DNA of 64,000 nt from a virus, in the IMG/VR virus record IMGVR_UViG_3300046170_000301; one strand, 5' to 3'. Every line of letters begins with the position of its first letter. The stretch's first letter is position 1. Below, one piece after another: positions 41,137-53,404 of this stretch. The position numbers and the translations under genes were made by a program. The notes under the pieces are model-generated. The model made no database searches. It was not told the DNA's origin and saw nothing but the letters and a program-made list of their open reading frames with translations.

Positions 41137-42942
41137 TCAGAACTCAATTACAAGTTTGATATCCTCAATCTGATCGGGTGCTCTGGTGATTAGTCTTCTG
41201 TTTTCTACATAAATGATATCTCCAGAATTTGGAGCAATTTCTGGTAGAGCAACGCCATTCGCAAAGGTAACACCAAGAACAGTGCTATTATCATTATTGT
41301 CAATTGTTCCAGAAGCTTGTGAAACAGAGCCTACAACAGGATTTCCAGTTGTTTCATCGAAAAGAACTACTTCTCCTTTGAATGTATGATATTCTGGTGA
41401 TTGAAAATACTTAAGAACACCATCTGTTGTGCTACTTTCATCTAGAGTCCAAGAAACAACAGTTCCATAAGATTCTACGCCACTATTAACTTGAGTGATA
41501 GTTTCATCAACTTGATAATCTGCTGTAGCTCCAGTAACTTTTAGAGCACGAACATTTGCTACAGTGTCTGCAGTTGCAAAAATTGTGGTTCCCCAATTAT
41601 ATGGGTCCTTGAGAATACCAATTCTTCTGAAATCGTTATCAACTGGGAAATCACCAGAACCTTCTGCATAAGAAAGACGAATATTCGTCATTACTCTCTT
41701 GGCATTAAGTTCCATTTCAAAATCAGAACCATGACCACCTTGAGGAGGAATAATTACTTCAACTGCACCAGTAGCATTGCTTGCAATAGTTACAGGAGTA
41801 GAAAGAGCTTGGCTGTCATACATTCCATATCCGCCACCAGCTTCCCCAGTTTCAATTGCAATAGAAGCGTATGTATATCCACTGCCTCTAGCAACAACAG
41901 CAACGTCGGAAATAGCACCACTTGCAATGGTAATAGAAGCAATACCACCAGTTCCGTCTCCATTAATTGGAGCATAGTAAGTTCCATTTGCAGGAAGATT
42001 AGCTCCAAAATCTTCAATAACTAGAGCATAAATAGCACCAGCAACTGCTTTTCCTTCTGTATCTTGTCTAGAAGCATTTGAAGGAAGAACAATGGGAATA
42101 AAATCAGCAGAAAGGAATCTCAATACATCATCTGTTGGGATGGTGTACATATACTTCCAAATGTAATTAGCATTGATTCCTTCAGTAAACAAACCAGTAG
42201 CGGCATCATAAGAACCTTGAGCGCCAGTAGCGGTGGTGAGTGGCTCGTATGTTGCGTTTTGACCAGTTAGATTAGAAGGATTCTGGCCATTGTAAAGACA
42301 CTTGAATACTTCATACTGACTATTAATGACATAGAACTTAGCGTCTGCAATAGTAGTAGCACCAGTAGCAGATTGCTTACCTACTTGGCCGCCAGAAGGA
42401 GTTGCCGAATAATCTGGCTTCCACATGTCAAACTTAGGATTGACTGTGGTGTCCCATCTATAATGACGAATTACAGCACGAGCAAAATCAGAAGTAATTC
42501 TCTTTGCAGCGATGATGTCATCGTAAACATCATACTTTTCTTTTTGGTTATCTAGAGGAACTGGTGGAACTTCTTCTGTTGCATATCTGTAAACACCAGT
42601 TTTTGCAGTAGCACCAGAAGTTGAACCAGTAATAGTTGAGTTTGCTGGTGGAACTGAATTAACCTGGGGGAATACATCATATACTAAAAGTGCGGTTTCT
42701 GTAGCAGCTCTTACTTTTGCTCTAAAAGTAGAACCACCATTAACGGTTACCTCTTCCCCAACTTGGAAATCCGCAGCACTTTTACTAAAAATCTCTACAT
42801 ATGCATCCCATCTTTGTGGTCTACCAACAAAAAAATACATTCTAGTTCTTTCTGAACCAGTGTCTGAATTTCCTTCTGTTAAAGATTCTAAAAATTGCTT
42901 GGAATTAAAAATTCTAAATTTATCAGAAATAATAGCGGCCAT
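41137..42942 (-). CDS. gp8: Baseplate wedge subunit
   Basis: MAAIISDKFRIFN...YIWKYMYTI...GGHG...EDIKLVIEF. Confidence 0.92.
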   Translation of the reverse strand: MAAIISDKFRIFNSKQFLESLTEGNSDTGSERTRMYFFVGRPQRWDAYVEIFSKSAADFQVGEEVTVNGGSTFRAKVRAATETALLVYDVFPQVNSVPPANSTITGSTSGATAKTGVYRYATEEVPPVPLDNQKEKYDVYDDIIAAKRITSDFARAVIRHYRWDTTVNPKFDMWKPDYSATPSGGQVGKQSATGATTIADAKFYVINSQYEVFKCLYNGQNPSNLTGQNATYEPLTTATGAQGSYDAATGLFTEGINANYIWKYMYTIPTDDVLRFLSADFIPIVLPSNASRQDTEGKAVAGAIYALVIEDFGANLPANGTYYAPINGDGTGGIASITIASGAISDVAVVARGSGYTYASIAIETGEAGGGYGMYDSQALSTPVTIASNATGAVEVIIPPQGGHGSDFEMELNAKRVMTNIRLSYAEGSGDFPVDNDFRRIGILKDPYNWGTTIFATADTVANVRALKVTGATADYQVDETITQVNSGVESYGTVVSWTLDESSTTDGVLKYFQSPEYHTFKGEVVLFDETTGNPVVGSVSQASGTIDNNDNSTVLGVTFANGVALPEIAPNSGDIIYVENRRLITRAPDQIEDIKLVIEF

Positions 42943-42986
42943 GTTAAAAAGTAGCAGTTATTGGTCTTGGTTTATTTATATTTATA

Positions 42987-45900
42987 TCAACTAAAACTCC
43001 TTATGTATTGATTAATGTTCCATTCCTGAGCAATTGTGTTTTCTTGCCCTCTAAGAAGACTATCAAAAGTAGTTTGTGTTTTTGATTGATAATACACAAT
43101 TTCATTACCAATTATTAATTTTCCAGAAGTTGGAAATCCAGAAGTACTATTAACATTTATAGTTAAAATTTCTACATTAGAAAAATTAGCTGATAATATA
43201 GTCGCATATTCATTTATAGATACTGTAGTCAAATTAAACCAATCTTTAGTAATAGTATAACTTGATTTTATTCTGTCTGTAAAATCCAAAATAGTTAATT
43301 CTGGATAATATAAATCAATCATTTCAAGTGTTAATTCAGAAACTTTTGCTACTCCCGCAGTGTTAAATTTTGATTTTTCAAAATTTGAGAAGGATGGAAT
43401 TAATGAACCTAATTCATAAGTTTCATTTCCAACATAATCAATTACTCCAGTTTTTGTGGTAGTATTTTGATAAAAATTTGATGATACTAAAGAAACATTG
43501 TTATTTACTTTATCAAAATAAGAGGTAATTTTGACTATTTCTGATGGAGCTATAGATTCCACAGAAACTTTTGATTCTGTTGTTATTGTAATACTAGGAG
43601 CAGAAACAACAGAGGTGAAGTCTGGTAGATTTCTTAGATAATCTCCTGCACTATGGGTAGTAGCAACAGTATTAAATGTTCCTCTTTGAACATCTAAGAA
43701 ACGATCTGTTAACTTAGATTGGTAGGTAACAATCTCTTTTCCTACTAAAAGTCTTCCAGAATCTGGGAAATTTCTAGTATCAGCAATGTAAATAATATCT
43801 TCAGTTTCATTAAGATCAATTTGCAAAAACGCACCAATATCATTAACTGTTGGTAAAGGATGCAGATGAATAGCATCTGTTATAATTTTTCTGATATTTA
43901 AATCAATTTGTCTATCAATTTTTTCAATTGTTGTTGAAGATATTACATTAAATCTAGTTGCAATAATTGACTGTACTTCTCTTTCTGTAGAAATAATAGA
44001 GTTTACAAAAAGTTTTGGAACCATTTGTAGAAAAGGAGAAATAATTTCCTGAACAACAGCTGGCGAAACTGATTTTTCATCTGGTTCAATTATAGAAGTA
44101 ATATTTGTATCATAATCTAAAGGTGTTGCTACATTTTTTGAAGTAATAGAACTAATATCATCAATAGAAGAAGAATCTATAATTACAAGTGAAGATATTG
44201 TAGATAAAGAAGCATTTAATTTTGGTGCAATTTTTAAAATTCTTACATTATCTGCAATTCTTTTATTTGTTTTGTATAGGTTAAATCCTCTTGATACAAC
44301 AACTTTTGGTGGTTCTGTATATCCACTACCACCATCAGTAAGAACAATATCTAAAATATGTCCACCATATGCAATAACTTCTGCTTTTGCTCCACCACCA
44401 GCGTTATTTTCTGGGATAAAGTGTAAAAATGGTGGGGTGTAATACTGATATGCACTTGGATTTAGAATAAAATCATTTTCAAAAAATAGTTGCCATTGTC
44501 TTTTATTCCAGATTAACTCTACAACTTCGCCATTTTCTACAACAGCATTAACACTAAGACCTTCACCTCTTGTTATACCATTGTAATTTGTTGATTTAAC
44601 AGTTCCGTAATAAGAATCATTGACAACCTGATCTAAGTTGAAGTTGGTAGCATTTACCTTTTCTGGGACAGATAAAATTTCTCTTCTATCTTTCTCCCCA
44701 TCAATTTTTATTTCATCACCTTCTAATAACTTGGCATAAACTGAAGAACGTTCTCTCCACGTAGAAGCCTTCAATTCAGAGTCAAAAATCCATCTTACAG
44801 AATCTCTAACAAGTGTCCCATCAAAATTATTTACAACTTCACCATCAGAATCGTCATAAACTATTTCTGTAAATTTAGAAGAAATAGTAGTTCCTTCTGG
44901 AACAATTAATTCACCTTCTACTGTTATTGTTCCATAAACAGAATTTTCTTCGTTAGTAAATACATCTCCAGCTTCTACCAAAAGGTCTACAACAATGTTT
45001 AAAACATTATTAGCATCTAATTTTTTAGTAAAAATAAACTTAGGACCAGTAAATCTAATGTCATTTTCTTTAAGTAGTTGGTAATTTATAGGAGAAGCAA
45101 ATTTAATTTCCCATGAAGCATCATCAACCTTTCTATATCCTCTCAACTTACCTAGAATTTTTAATTCTTGAGTATCTTCATTTAATTGGTAAATATAAAC
45201 TTCGGAATGCTCACTTTCTGCCCATCTCAATACTTCATCTTGATCACCTTCTGATTGCAATCCATCACGTAACCAATCGACAAAACCAGAATAAGAACCA
45301 GAACCAAAGAAAATTACTTTTATTAAATTTACATATGTATCTGGTTCAAAATCATAAAATGTTAGAGTTTTTTCAATATCTCTACCATAGAATAATCTAA
45401 TATCAATGTCTGGATAAATTGTCTCTCCGTTAGTATCTGTGTAGTAATTTAACTTTTCTGTAAATACAATGTTTGATCCAGTTACAGAATAAGAAGAACT
45501 ATCTTGCAGAACTCCACCAACAAAAACTGCCAAATAATTTTCGTTATCTACTTTTCTTACTGTTTGAGTGTCCTTATCTAAAAGAAGATAAGGTCCTTTT
45601 CCAACATAAGGAATTAACTCTTTATTAATAATTAAGTTCTCATAACTACCAATACTAAAAGCAAATGCTTTTTCTACTGCAGTTGCTTCTTGTAAGTTTA
45701 ATGCACCATCATTTTGGTCCCATTTTGGAATATCACTGAATTTAACTCTATCAGTAACTGAGTTATTTTCGGATCTAATAATAGAATATGCAGAAGAGTT
45801 TTGAATGACGCCATTCAAAGAAATTATTAAGTCTTCGTTTGGATCTGTTTTTACAATATCTCCATTTTCATAATAAAGTTCAAATGTATCTGTTTCACCA

Positions 45901-48900
45901 TTAAAATAATCTGGCAATGATACAGTAACAGAATTTTTGCCGTTATTTAAAGTAGTTTGGATAGCACCAGATAAAGAATCTAATGCTGACAAGACATCTT
46001 GGCATTCTGTATTGAAAATTGGGTCATCTAAAATGATATTGTTATTAACATATGGTTTCAAAGTAGACCAATTTCCTTCTAAAGGAACATTTGATGGAGA
46101 TACTCTAACAATATTTTCCCCTTTGTTTAAAATGGTTTCTGCATTATTCAAAAATCCATTCAAAGAATCTATTACATTTTCACATCTTGGGATATTAGAA
46201 TCTATCAAAATTTCTGAGTCTACAACTGGAGCAGTTGATGTGTATGTTCCTGTAGGCAATTCATTTTGCATTGCCAAAATCATCAACTCAGTGGTTTTTT
46301 CTAAACCATCAATTAAAATATCCTTTTCCGATTCGGTTATAATTAATTTGTTATCAATATAAAAATTTCTACCAAACTGTAAAATTTTGGCGTTTCCACT
46401 GTATCTTAAATGATAAACATTAGATTTAATATAATCCTCAATATTTCTTTCTATAAAATTATTTGAAGAAATGCTATAGTTATCTAAAATATAACCAAGA
46501 ACTTCTTCTTTAATATAAGTAATATTTGATTCAATGAGATTAGAAGCATCATAAAAAGTTCCATTGTTTATATTACTCAAATAGAATGTTATTTGAGCAA
46601 CTGAACCCCTAGTAATAGCAGAAACTAGTATTCCAGGAAGATTTACATTAATAGTTCCAGCAGTAGAAACGTCACCATAAATTTCTTCTGAGTTAACATC
46701 ATAAGTTGCCCCAGACGAAACAGAAAGTGGTGGATACCCAAAAGCACCAATATCTGGGAAAGATTTTTTAGAAAGTTTTACTTGAGTAGCAGAAATAATT
46801 TCTGTAACTTTTGTATCATCTGGGAACTGAGAACCACTACTGACAACCATTCCAGGAACAATACCAAAAGTTGATGGTAAAGTAACTACATCAAAATCTG
46901 GTTCTATAATAACTGTAAACTCATTTATTTTATTTGTAAATGTAACATCCCAGTTTCTTACCGCAGCAGCACATGAGTTTAAAACAAAATCAAACATATC
47001 AAGAGTTTCTGTTTTTTGTTCGTTGATAAAGTTTAAATTTTCAGAACCATCAAAATACATTTCTGTATAAGAAACTGTTTTGAAATTGCCACCAAATCTT
47101 AAATCAAACTCAACAGCATCTATAATATACTTAATATCTTTAATATACTTATCTTCTAAAGTATTCCAAGAAACATCTGGATATTTTTCTTTTGCATAAC
47201 CAATGGCTTCTGCTGTAATAAAATTTTTATTATATCTTACTTGATTAGCAGAATCAATCCATCTACCATTACGTTGATAGATATTTTTAAGTTTTTTGAA
47301 ATACTGCTCATTTAAAGTATCATTTTTAAATTTTATAGTTTTACCATAAAATGCTTGTGGAGCAACTTTTTGTCCTTCTGCTATTCTTTTTCCTAAAGGA
47401 GGAATTGCAAAGGTAATTTGATTGTTATAAACTGTAAATGCTTTTCCTGGTTCTTGAACAACACCATCAATACTTACAATTATATGATTTTCATTAAAAG
47501 CAGATATAGCACTATTAGTGCGCTTGTCAAGCATAGTGAATGTCTTAGTTCCAACAATCTGACCAGTTGACGAATCATAATCTCCATCAAACTCTTTATC
47601 TAATACAAATTCATATGCTAAAGTTTCTTCTGTATTAAAAGTATCTACAGAAACACTACCATAACCTCTTCTTTCGTTTGTGTTATGATATTTTACAACA
47701 GATTGGGTAATTTTTCTTTCAGAACCTAAAACAGTAATAGATTTTAATGCCAAATCAATTTTTGATATTAACGATGATTTTGGTTGCTCTTCTGGGAAAG
47801 ATGATAGACCATCCGATTCAATCAAAACCTCGCCAAACATTTTAAACCCAGCTGGGTGGGTGGTCTGCTTAATAAGGTCCCTCCAAATATCAATTGGAGT
47901 TTTTGACTTAATTACATATGAGTAATCTTGATAAAAATACGAGTCTGTTAATTTTTGACTATTGGAACTTAACTTACCTCTATCTGAACGATAGTATCCA
48001 ATGTTATCATAATATGATTTTACTATTGGATTAAACGTCGTATATAGAATGCTAGAAATTTTTGCTATTTCTTGACCACTTCTATTCAATAGAGGAAGTG
48101 ATTTATCAAACTCTCCTTCAACAGAACGAACCTTCAGGATGTTTGAACCAATTCTCCACCCATCATTTGCTACAACTCCAGAGGCAATTTGCTTTCCATT
48201 ATTTTTTTGAAATATTAATTGTCCAGGACTGATGTTATACTCATTGAAGTCATTTAATAATAAAGAATAATTAGAAGAATATTTTGGAAGAATTGTTCTA
48301 TCCTTATGGAAAGCTCCACCATTGAAAAGTAACTTAACTGTTTGAGGAACACCAATAGAATTTGACCTAGCATAAAGTTTTGGTGAAGATTCTACTACTT
48401 TTAATGTTGGTTTGTATGTATATCCAGAACCACCAGAGAGAACGTCTATTCTAGTGATAGAACCATTTACTTGAACAGCATTAAATTTTACACCAGCGCC
48501 ATCTCCGTTATCAACAATAATTTTTGGATTAGTATAATTTTGCCCACCATCTACAACAGAAACAGAAACTATAGATTTTGTTATCGAGTCATACTCAACA
48601 TCAACTAAACTTTCTATAGTATCCGAAACATAAACCCCAGATACGATAGGAACAGATTTATAATCAAATCCAGTATTATCAATATCTACCGTATTAATTT
48701 GACCAACAGAGAATCTGGAAGTAGTTGTGTATGCCATATCACCACTTCCATTGTATTGTGGTTCAGATTCTACTTCGTATGCAAATTTATTTGAAGTTAC
48801 ATAATCAACTATTTTTCTTCCATTTAGTGGGTCTTCTATAATATTCAAAGATGAGTTGTCAGTATCTACATCAGTTGCTAGTATAAAGTAAACATAATTT

Positions 48901-51900
48901 AAAAATCTTGTTTGAACTTTTGTTTGGAAATTATTAGACTCTATATTTGGACCAAATCCAATTTTTAAAGAAACAAAAGAACCAGAGTTTCCTGGAGCAA
49001 CATCCGAAATAAATCTCTCTTCTGTAATAATATTATAATTAAAACTTGGAGAAAAATCTAAAAATGTATTAGTCATTGAAAAATGACTAGTATCAAATTT
49101 ATAAGAATAGTATTTTTGAATATCAATAGATGGATTGATTGCAAAGTTTGTTTGGTCTTGTGAAAACTCTAGTTTGAATGCAGGAGAGTTTACAGAAGAG
49201 ATACGAACAGACTTAGATGGTGTGCTTTGGTCAAATATAATATTTGAACTTACTAAAGCATTAGCAGTATCTAAATTTGTAGTGTAAGCAAAAGAAACTA
49301 CAAACTCTTGTGTTTTTTCATCATATTTTAATACATAAGGGTCTGTAGAAGCAGTTCCTATTGGTCGATAATTAAAATTAAATCTATATCTTGGATTGTA
49401 AACAGAAACTGTATTTCCTTCGTAGTGATTATTTGGTGTAGTTTCAAATTCTCCTCTAGAAACTGTTGCTGTATTAATAGTTCTATTAATAGAAGTAATC
49501 TTAACTATTTCATCATTAATTTTTAAATAATCATCTTCCGATAGATTACTTGAAGATTTTAATAATAGAGTATCACTATTGAAAGCAAATCCAGAATGGT
49601 CTACTCTAATAACTGGTGGTTTTTCTATAATATTAGTAAGAGTTTCATCTTCAATATTAGTGATAGTAATAATATCATTTGTATTAAAATTACTTCCAGG
49701 CGTTGTTATTTCAATTGTGGCATCTTCTGTTAATGATGTTATTGTTAGTGTTCCTTCTGCTTCTACTACATCATCACGCTGAAGAACTTCGTTTGAAATA
49801 TTAAATTTTACAGAATATGTTCCTGTGGCTATATATTTTCCAATATTAAGTATAGTAAACAGTTCAACTCCAGAATTAGCAATAGTAGTTTCAAAATTTG
49901 GCGCTGCTAAAGTTACAGTTTGATAAACTCTTTTCCTTACATAATAAGTAGTTTCTGTAGTAGAATCATCTGGATTTACATCAACTTCTACTACATCATT
50001 TAATGCCATATTATGCGTGTCATCTGTAGTGACAAGAGCATAATTTGAATTGATGCTAAAAGGATTGATATTTTCACTCAAAGAAGTAATAGTAAATATT
50101 TCAGAACCAGTTGTATTAGAAAGGTCTGTGCTTCTTAAAAAGTAACCTTCTGTAGTAGCAAATGAACCAGTTAACTCTTTAACTTTTACTGAGTTTTGAT
50201 TTACTGTAGATTCTAAAATTAACCCAGTAGCAATTTCGGAATCTTTCCCATCTGTGAGGGTTAAAGTGGCACCAGCAGTATAAGTAGAGTTTCTATCGAG
50301 TAGTAAGTTCAATACTTTAATAACATTATCACTAGAATCTTTCATAGTGAATGTGTCATCACTAGAAAATTCTCCGTCCACTTCTTCAAGTAAAATTACA
50401 TTATCTGTAAAAATATTACCAACAATCTTACCTTTAACACCAGTGTTGTTTTGCTCTAAAGTTTCTCCATCAAAAAGGTAACAATTTTCTGAAGTTTTGA
50501 TTTTTACTACACTTCCTTTTGATTTAATCGATAATACATCTTCTCCTTTTACACTAGAAACAAAAGCAGATGCTCCACTTCCTTCTGTGTCAAAATTATC
50601 AAATACTAGTTTATTCCCAACTTTAAATGATTTGGGCGAAGATACTACATCAACTCCCTCAACAAAACCAGATTTTACCGAATCTATTTTTGCGTTAACA
50701 CCAAAACCATTATTATAATCATTGGTAGTTCTCAAGCGTTTTACATTTTTTGGTAAGTCTAATTGAGATATAGAACTATTATAGTTTGAATCTACTGGTA
50801 AAGAATAATAGTTCTCTCCTAAAATGTAAGGAAATTCTGGGTTATTTGATGTATCGTTAGTAATAAAGTATGCATATACTCCATTTGGATAATCAGGAGT
50901 TACACAGAATCTGCCGTTATTTCTATCTAATTTTGTTTTTCCAGATTGAACTGATGGTTGCCATTCGTAGTCATCAATAAAAGTTCCCAATGGATATGTT
51001 GATACAGATGGACCATTTGATCTACTTAACTTCAGTACATACCCACTACGCATTCTGGTTATACTTGAAGAAGAATCTCTTGGTTCTTCGTAAGCATAAG
51101 GACCATAAATTGGATTGCCATCGTAGGCGTATCCAAGTATTTGAGAATGCTGGTTATTTGTGTCTTCGATTAAACTAGAGCTTATGTTATCTCCTAAAGA
51201 TGCTCTAAGTCTTACTGGGTCTGCGATTCTGCCATAACCATACCCATTATCTGGCAAATAATTTTCAAAGATGTATCCATAACTATCATCTAGATTTGAT
51301 TCTAACTGTTTAAATCTATTTTTACACCATCTTTTAATTTCTGCTGTAGCAGTGGCACCAGAACCTCTTGGAATAATTTCAACAATTGTATTTTCTTTAG
51401 TGTAAAATTTTCCTTCGTCAACAACTTCAAAATCTATAATGCGGCCATCATTTGATACAATAGCATTATATTCTGCAAATCTTCCTTTTCCTAGTCTATC
51501 ACTAATTCTAACAATAGGAGCACTAGAATAAAACTCTCCTGGGTCGTTAATAATTAAACTAGTAATTCTACCAGAAGTAATAACTGGTTCTACGCTTGCG
51601 TTCCTACCAGAAACAATTTCTACGGTAGGATTTGAATCATAGTCATCATTTTCTAAAATTTCAATAGAACTAACTACATTTCCAGACAGTGTTGCTCTTG
51701 CTTTACCAGAAACTCCATTAATAAGTACAAAAGGAGCAGATCTATACCCAGTTCCCTTTGTAACTAAATTTAATGATTCAATAGGACCAAAACTTACAAA
51801 GTCCTCATCTTTATAACTAAAAGCAATTGTGCCATCGACAAAAACGCCAACATCCCTTGTCGTAACTGGATAAATCTCAGTTGTTGTAGTTGGATACTTT

Positions 51901-53399
51901 CTAATTAGTTTTAAATGTTTTTGGTCTTTTATATCTCCACTGATAGTAGAGTTTAAAATTCTATGAGATGGAAAACTAGATGAACAAATATAATAATACT
52001 GTTCATCTTCATATACAGCAGAAACATCAGCAATAACATTGCTTAATGCATTTTGCAATACTTGATTTTGTGGAATTAATGGAGCAGTGTTGTCTGAGTT
52101 TATTTCCCATCTAACTAGGTTGGTTGTTTTGTCGTAGATGATTGGGTCTATTGTTTCAAAACCAGGACCAGAAATTTCTACAGAATCACCTACAGATGAA
52201 TATGGAGCAGCATTTTCAACTTGTAGGTCATAAAGAACTCCAAGAACAACAAATTTTACATCCCCAGAATTAACTGTGTAATAATTATAGACAGAGGTGC
52301 CTTCTGGATAAGAAAGAGAAGAAGACCTAGACCTAATAACAAATTGATTTACACTTTTAGTATCATAAGTAAATGTTTCGGTATTAATCAAAAACTGACC
52401 ACGATTTCTCCAACCTTCGGTTGAAAATACATTTACAACATCCCCTTCTACATCAGTTGAAGATACAGTTTTAGTTAATGTAGTCTTTGAAGTTACTTCA
52501 AACTCATCAAAAATTGAGTTTTTGTCTAAGATAATTTCATATAAAGTTTCGCCATCAAAACTTCCAAGTAACTTGACATTATCTACGATAGCAGAAACAT
52601 ATCTTGGTTCATATTGCTCAATCTTTTTCCCGATGAGAGATTCTGCGTCTCCATCAAGAATTTTGACTTTTAATGAGTAAGATGTAGTCCAGTCAGACGT
52701 AGAAGACTTTAAGGTGAAATCTCTTGGGTTATAAACAGAAGGAACATCGTCAGCTCCTTTTGCTACAATAGAATTGAAGATAAACTGAATTGACTTCTCA
52801 GTTCCTTTGGATCTATAAAAATCACCAATATACTTAATTAAAGTCCTTTTATCTACATCAGACTTTAAATATCTCTGTGGAAAATCGCTTAGATACTGCG
52901 CTTCAAAACTTTTTACAAAAGCATATAAGAATAGGTTACTTACGTTATATACTTGAACGCCACTTAAGTGATTTTCTGTATCTGTTGTTACAAAATTACT
53001 TTCTTCGTATAAGTCTCCTAGTCTTGTGTTACCACTGACTCCTCTAGATACTTCAAGAAACTCGGTATCAGTTCTTTCTTTATAAAAACAAATCTCATCA
53101 TCAATTTTGATGTATCCATTATATTGTGGAAAAGAACTAGCATCATCAACAAAAATAGTGCTATCGGTATTGTTGATATTTTCTGATAATACTGTAAATT
53201 GATTTAAAAGATTCTTTTCGTAATAATCAATATCACGATAAGTCTCTAAATTGCCAATAATATCCAGAGGTTGTCCTTTAGACTCTAATTGCTCGTAATA
53301 CTTCTCTACAAATAAAGAAAAATTCTCGTATTCAGACGCAATAAATCCTGGTAACTGAGATTCTATCAGTGTAGAGATTCTGTTGGTCTTAGTTGACAT
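42987..53399 (-). CDS. gp7: Baseplate wedge initiator, 3470 aa
   Basis: ISTLIESQLP...FYRSKGT; GYAYDGNPIYGPY; DSYFYQDYSYVIKS...HPAGFKMFG; between gp6 and gp8. Confidence 0.88.
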   Translation of the reverse strand: MSTKTNRISTLIESQLPGFIASEYENFSLFVEKYYEQLESKGQPLDIIGNLETYRDIDYYEKNLLNQFTVLSENINNTDSTIFVDDASSFPQYNGYIKIDDEICFYKERTDTEFLEVSRGVSGNTRLGDLYEESNFVTTDTENHLSGVQVYNVSNLFLYAFVKSFEAQYLSDFPQRYLKSDVDKRTLIKYIGDFYRSKGTEKSIQFIFNSIVAKGADDVPSVYNPRDFTLKSSTSDWTTSYSLKVKILDGDAESLIGKKIEQYEPRYVSAIVDNVKLLGSFDGETLYEIILDKNSIFDEFEVTSKTTLTKTVSSTDVEGDVVNVFSTEGWRNRGQFLINTETFTYDTKSVNQFVIRSRSSSLSYPEGTSVYNYYTVNSGDVKFVVLGVLYDLQVENAAPYSSVGDSVEISGPGFETIDPIIYDKTTNLVRWEINSDNTAPLIPQNQVLQNALSNVIADVSAVYEDEQYYYICSSSFPSHRILNSTISGDIKDQKHLKLIRKYPTTTTEIYPVTTRDVGVFVDGTIAFSYKDEDFVSFGPIESLNLVTKGTGYRSAPFVLINGVSGKARATLSGNVVSSIEILENDDYDSNPTVEIVSGRNASVEPVITSGRITSLIINDPGEFYSSAPIVRISDRLGKGRFAEYNAIVSNDGRIIDFEVVDEGKFYTKENTIVEIIPRGSGATATAEIKRWCKNRFKQLESNLDDSYGYIFENYLPDNGYGYGRIADPVRLRASLGDNISSSLIEDTNNQHSQILGYAYDGNPIYGPYAYEEPRDSSSSITRMRSGYVLKLSRSNGPSVSTYPLGTFIDDYEWQPSVQSGKTKLDRNNGRFCVTPDYPNGVYAYFITNDTSNNPEFPYILGENYYSLPVDSNYNSSISQLDLPKNVKRLRTTNDYNNGFGVNAKIDSVKSGFVEGVDVVSSPKSFKVGNKLVFDNFDTEGSGASAFVSSVKGEDVLSIKSKGSVVKIKTSENCYLFDGETLEQNNTGVKGKIVGNIFTDNVILLEEVDGEFSSDDTFTMKDSSDNVIKVLNLLLDRNSTYTAGATLTLTDGKDSEIATGLILESTVNQNSVKVKELTGSFATTEGYFLRSTDLSNTTGSEIFTITSLSENINPFSINSNYALVTTDDTHNMALNDVVEVDVNPDDSTTETTYYVRKRVYQTVTLAAPNFETTIANSGVELFTILNIGKYIATGTYSVKFNISNEVLQRDDVVEAEGTLTITSLTEDATIEITTPGSNFNTNDIITITNIEDETLTNIIEKPPVIRVDHSGFAFNSDTLLLKSSSNLSEDDYLKINDEIVKITSINRTINTATVSRGEFETTPNNHYEGNTVSVYNPRYRFNFNYRPIGTASTDPYVLKYDEKTQEFVVSFAYTTNLDTANALVSSNIIFDQSTPSKSVRISSVNSPAFKLEFSQDQTNFAINPSIDIQKYYSYKFDTSHFSMTNTFLDFSPSFNYNIITEERFISDVAPGNSGSFVSLKIGFGPNIESNNFQTKVQTRFLNYVYFILATDVDTDNSSLNIIEDPLNGRKIVDYVTSNKFAYEVESEPQYNGSGDMAYTTTSRFSVGQINTVDIDNTGFDYKSVPIVSGVYVSDTIESLVDVEYDSITKSIVSVSVVDGGQNYTNPKIIVDNGDGAGVKFNAVQVNGSITRIDVLSGGSGYTYKPTLKVVESSPKLYARSNSIGVPQTVKLLFNGGAFHKDRTILPKYSSNYSLLLNDFNEYNISPGQLIFQKNNGKQIASGVVANDGWRIGSNILKVRSVEGEFDKSLPLLNRSGQEIAKISSILYTTFNPIVKSYYDNIGYYRSDRGKLSSNSQKLTDSYFYQDYSYVIKSKTPIDIWRDLIKQTTHPAGFKMFGEVLIESDGLSSFPEEQPKSSLISKIDLALKSITVLGSERKITQSVVKYHNTNERRGYGSVSVDTFNTEETLAYEFVLDKEFDGDYDSSTGQIVGTKTFTMLDKRTNSAISAFNENHIIVSIDGVVQEPGKAFTVYNNQITFAIPPLGKRIAEGQKVAPQAFYGKTIKFKNDTLNEQYFKKLKNIYQRNGRWIDSANQVRYNKNFITAEAIGYAKEKYPDVSWNTLEDKYIKDIKYIIDAVEFDLRFGGNFKTVSYTEMYFDGSENLNFINEQKTETLDMFDFVLNSCAAAVRNWDVTFTNKINEFTVIIEPDFDVVTLPSTFGIVPGMVVSSGSQFPDDTKVTEIISATQVKLSKKSFPDIGAFGYPPLSVSSGATYDVNSEEIYGDVSTAGTINVNLPGILVSAITRGSVAQITFYLSNINNGTFYDASNLIESNITYIKEEVLGYILDNYSISSNNFIERNIEDYIKSNVYHLRYSGNAKILQFGRNFYIDNKLIITESEKDILIDGLEKTTELMILAMQNELPTGTYTSTAPVVDSEILIDSNIPRCENVIDSLNGFLNNAETILNKGENIVRVSPSNVPLEGNWSTLKPYVNNNIILDDPIFNTECQDVLSALDSLSGAIQTTLNNGKNSVTVSLPDYFNGETDTFELYYENGDIVKTDPNEDLIISLNGVIQNSSAYSIIRSENNSVTDRVKFSDIPKWDQNDGALNLQEATAVEKAFAFSIGSYENLIINKELIPYVGKGPYLLLDKDTQTVRKVDNENYLAVFVGGVLQDSSSYSVTGSNIVFTEKLNYYTDTNGETIYPDIDIRLFYGRDIEKTLTFYDFEPDTYVNLIKVIFFGSGSYSGFVDWLRDGLQSEGDQDEVLRWAESEHSEVYIYQLNEDTQELKILGKLRGYRKVDDASWEIKFASPINYQLLKENDIRFTGPKFIFTKKLDANNVLNIVVDLLVEAGDVFTNEENSVYGTITVEGELIVPEGTTISSKFTEIVYDDSDGEVVNNFDGTLVRDSVRWIFDSELKASTWRERSSVYAKLLEGDEIKIDGEKDRREILSVPEKVNATNFNLDQVVNDSYYGTVKSTNYNGITRGEGLSVNAVVENGEVVELIWNKRQWQLFFENDFILNPSAYQYYTPPFLHFIPENNAGGGAKAEVIAYGGHILDIVLTDGGSGYTEPPKVVVSRGFNLYKTNKRIADNVRILKIAPKLNASLSTISSLVIIDSSSIDDISSITSKNVATPLDYDTNITSIIEPDEKSVSPAVVQEIISPFLQMVPKLFVNSIISTEREVQSIIATRFNVISSTTIEKIDRQIDLNIRKIITDAIHLHPLPTVNDIGAFLQIDLNETEDIIYIADTRNFPDSGRLLVGKEIVTYQSKLTDRFLDVQRGTFNTVATTHSAGDYLRNLPDFTSVVSAPSITITTESKVSVESIAPSEIVKITSYFDKVNNNVSLVSSNFYQNTTTKTGVIDYVGNETYELGSLIPSFSNFEKSKFNTAGVAKVSELTLEMIDLYYPELTILDFTDRIKSSYTITKDWFNLTTVSINEYATILSANFSNVEILTINVNSTSGFPTSGKLIIGNEIVYYQSKTQTTFDSLLRGQENTIAQEWNINQYIRSFS

Positions 53400-53404
53400 T
53401 TAAC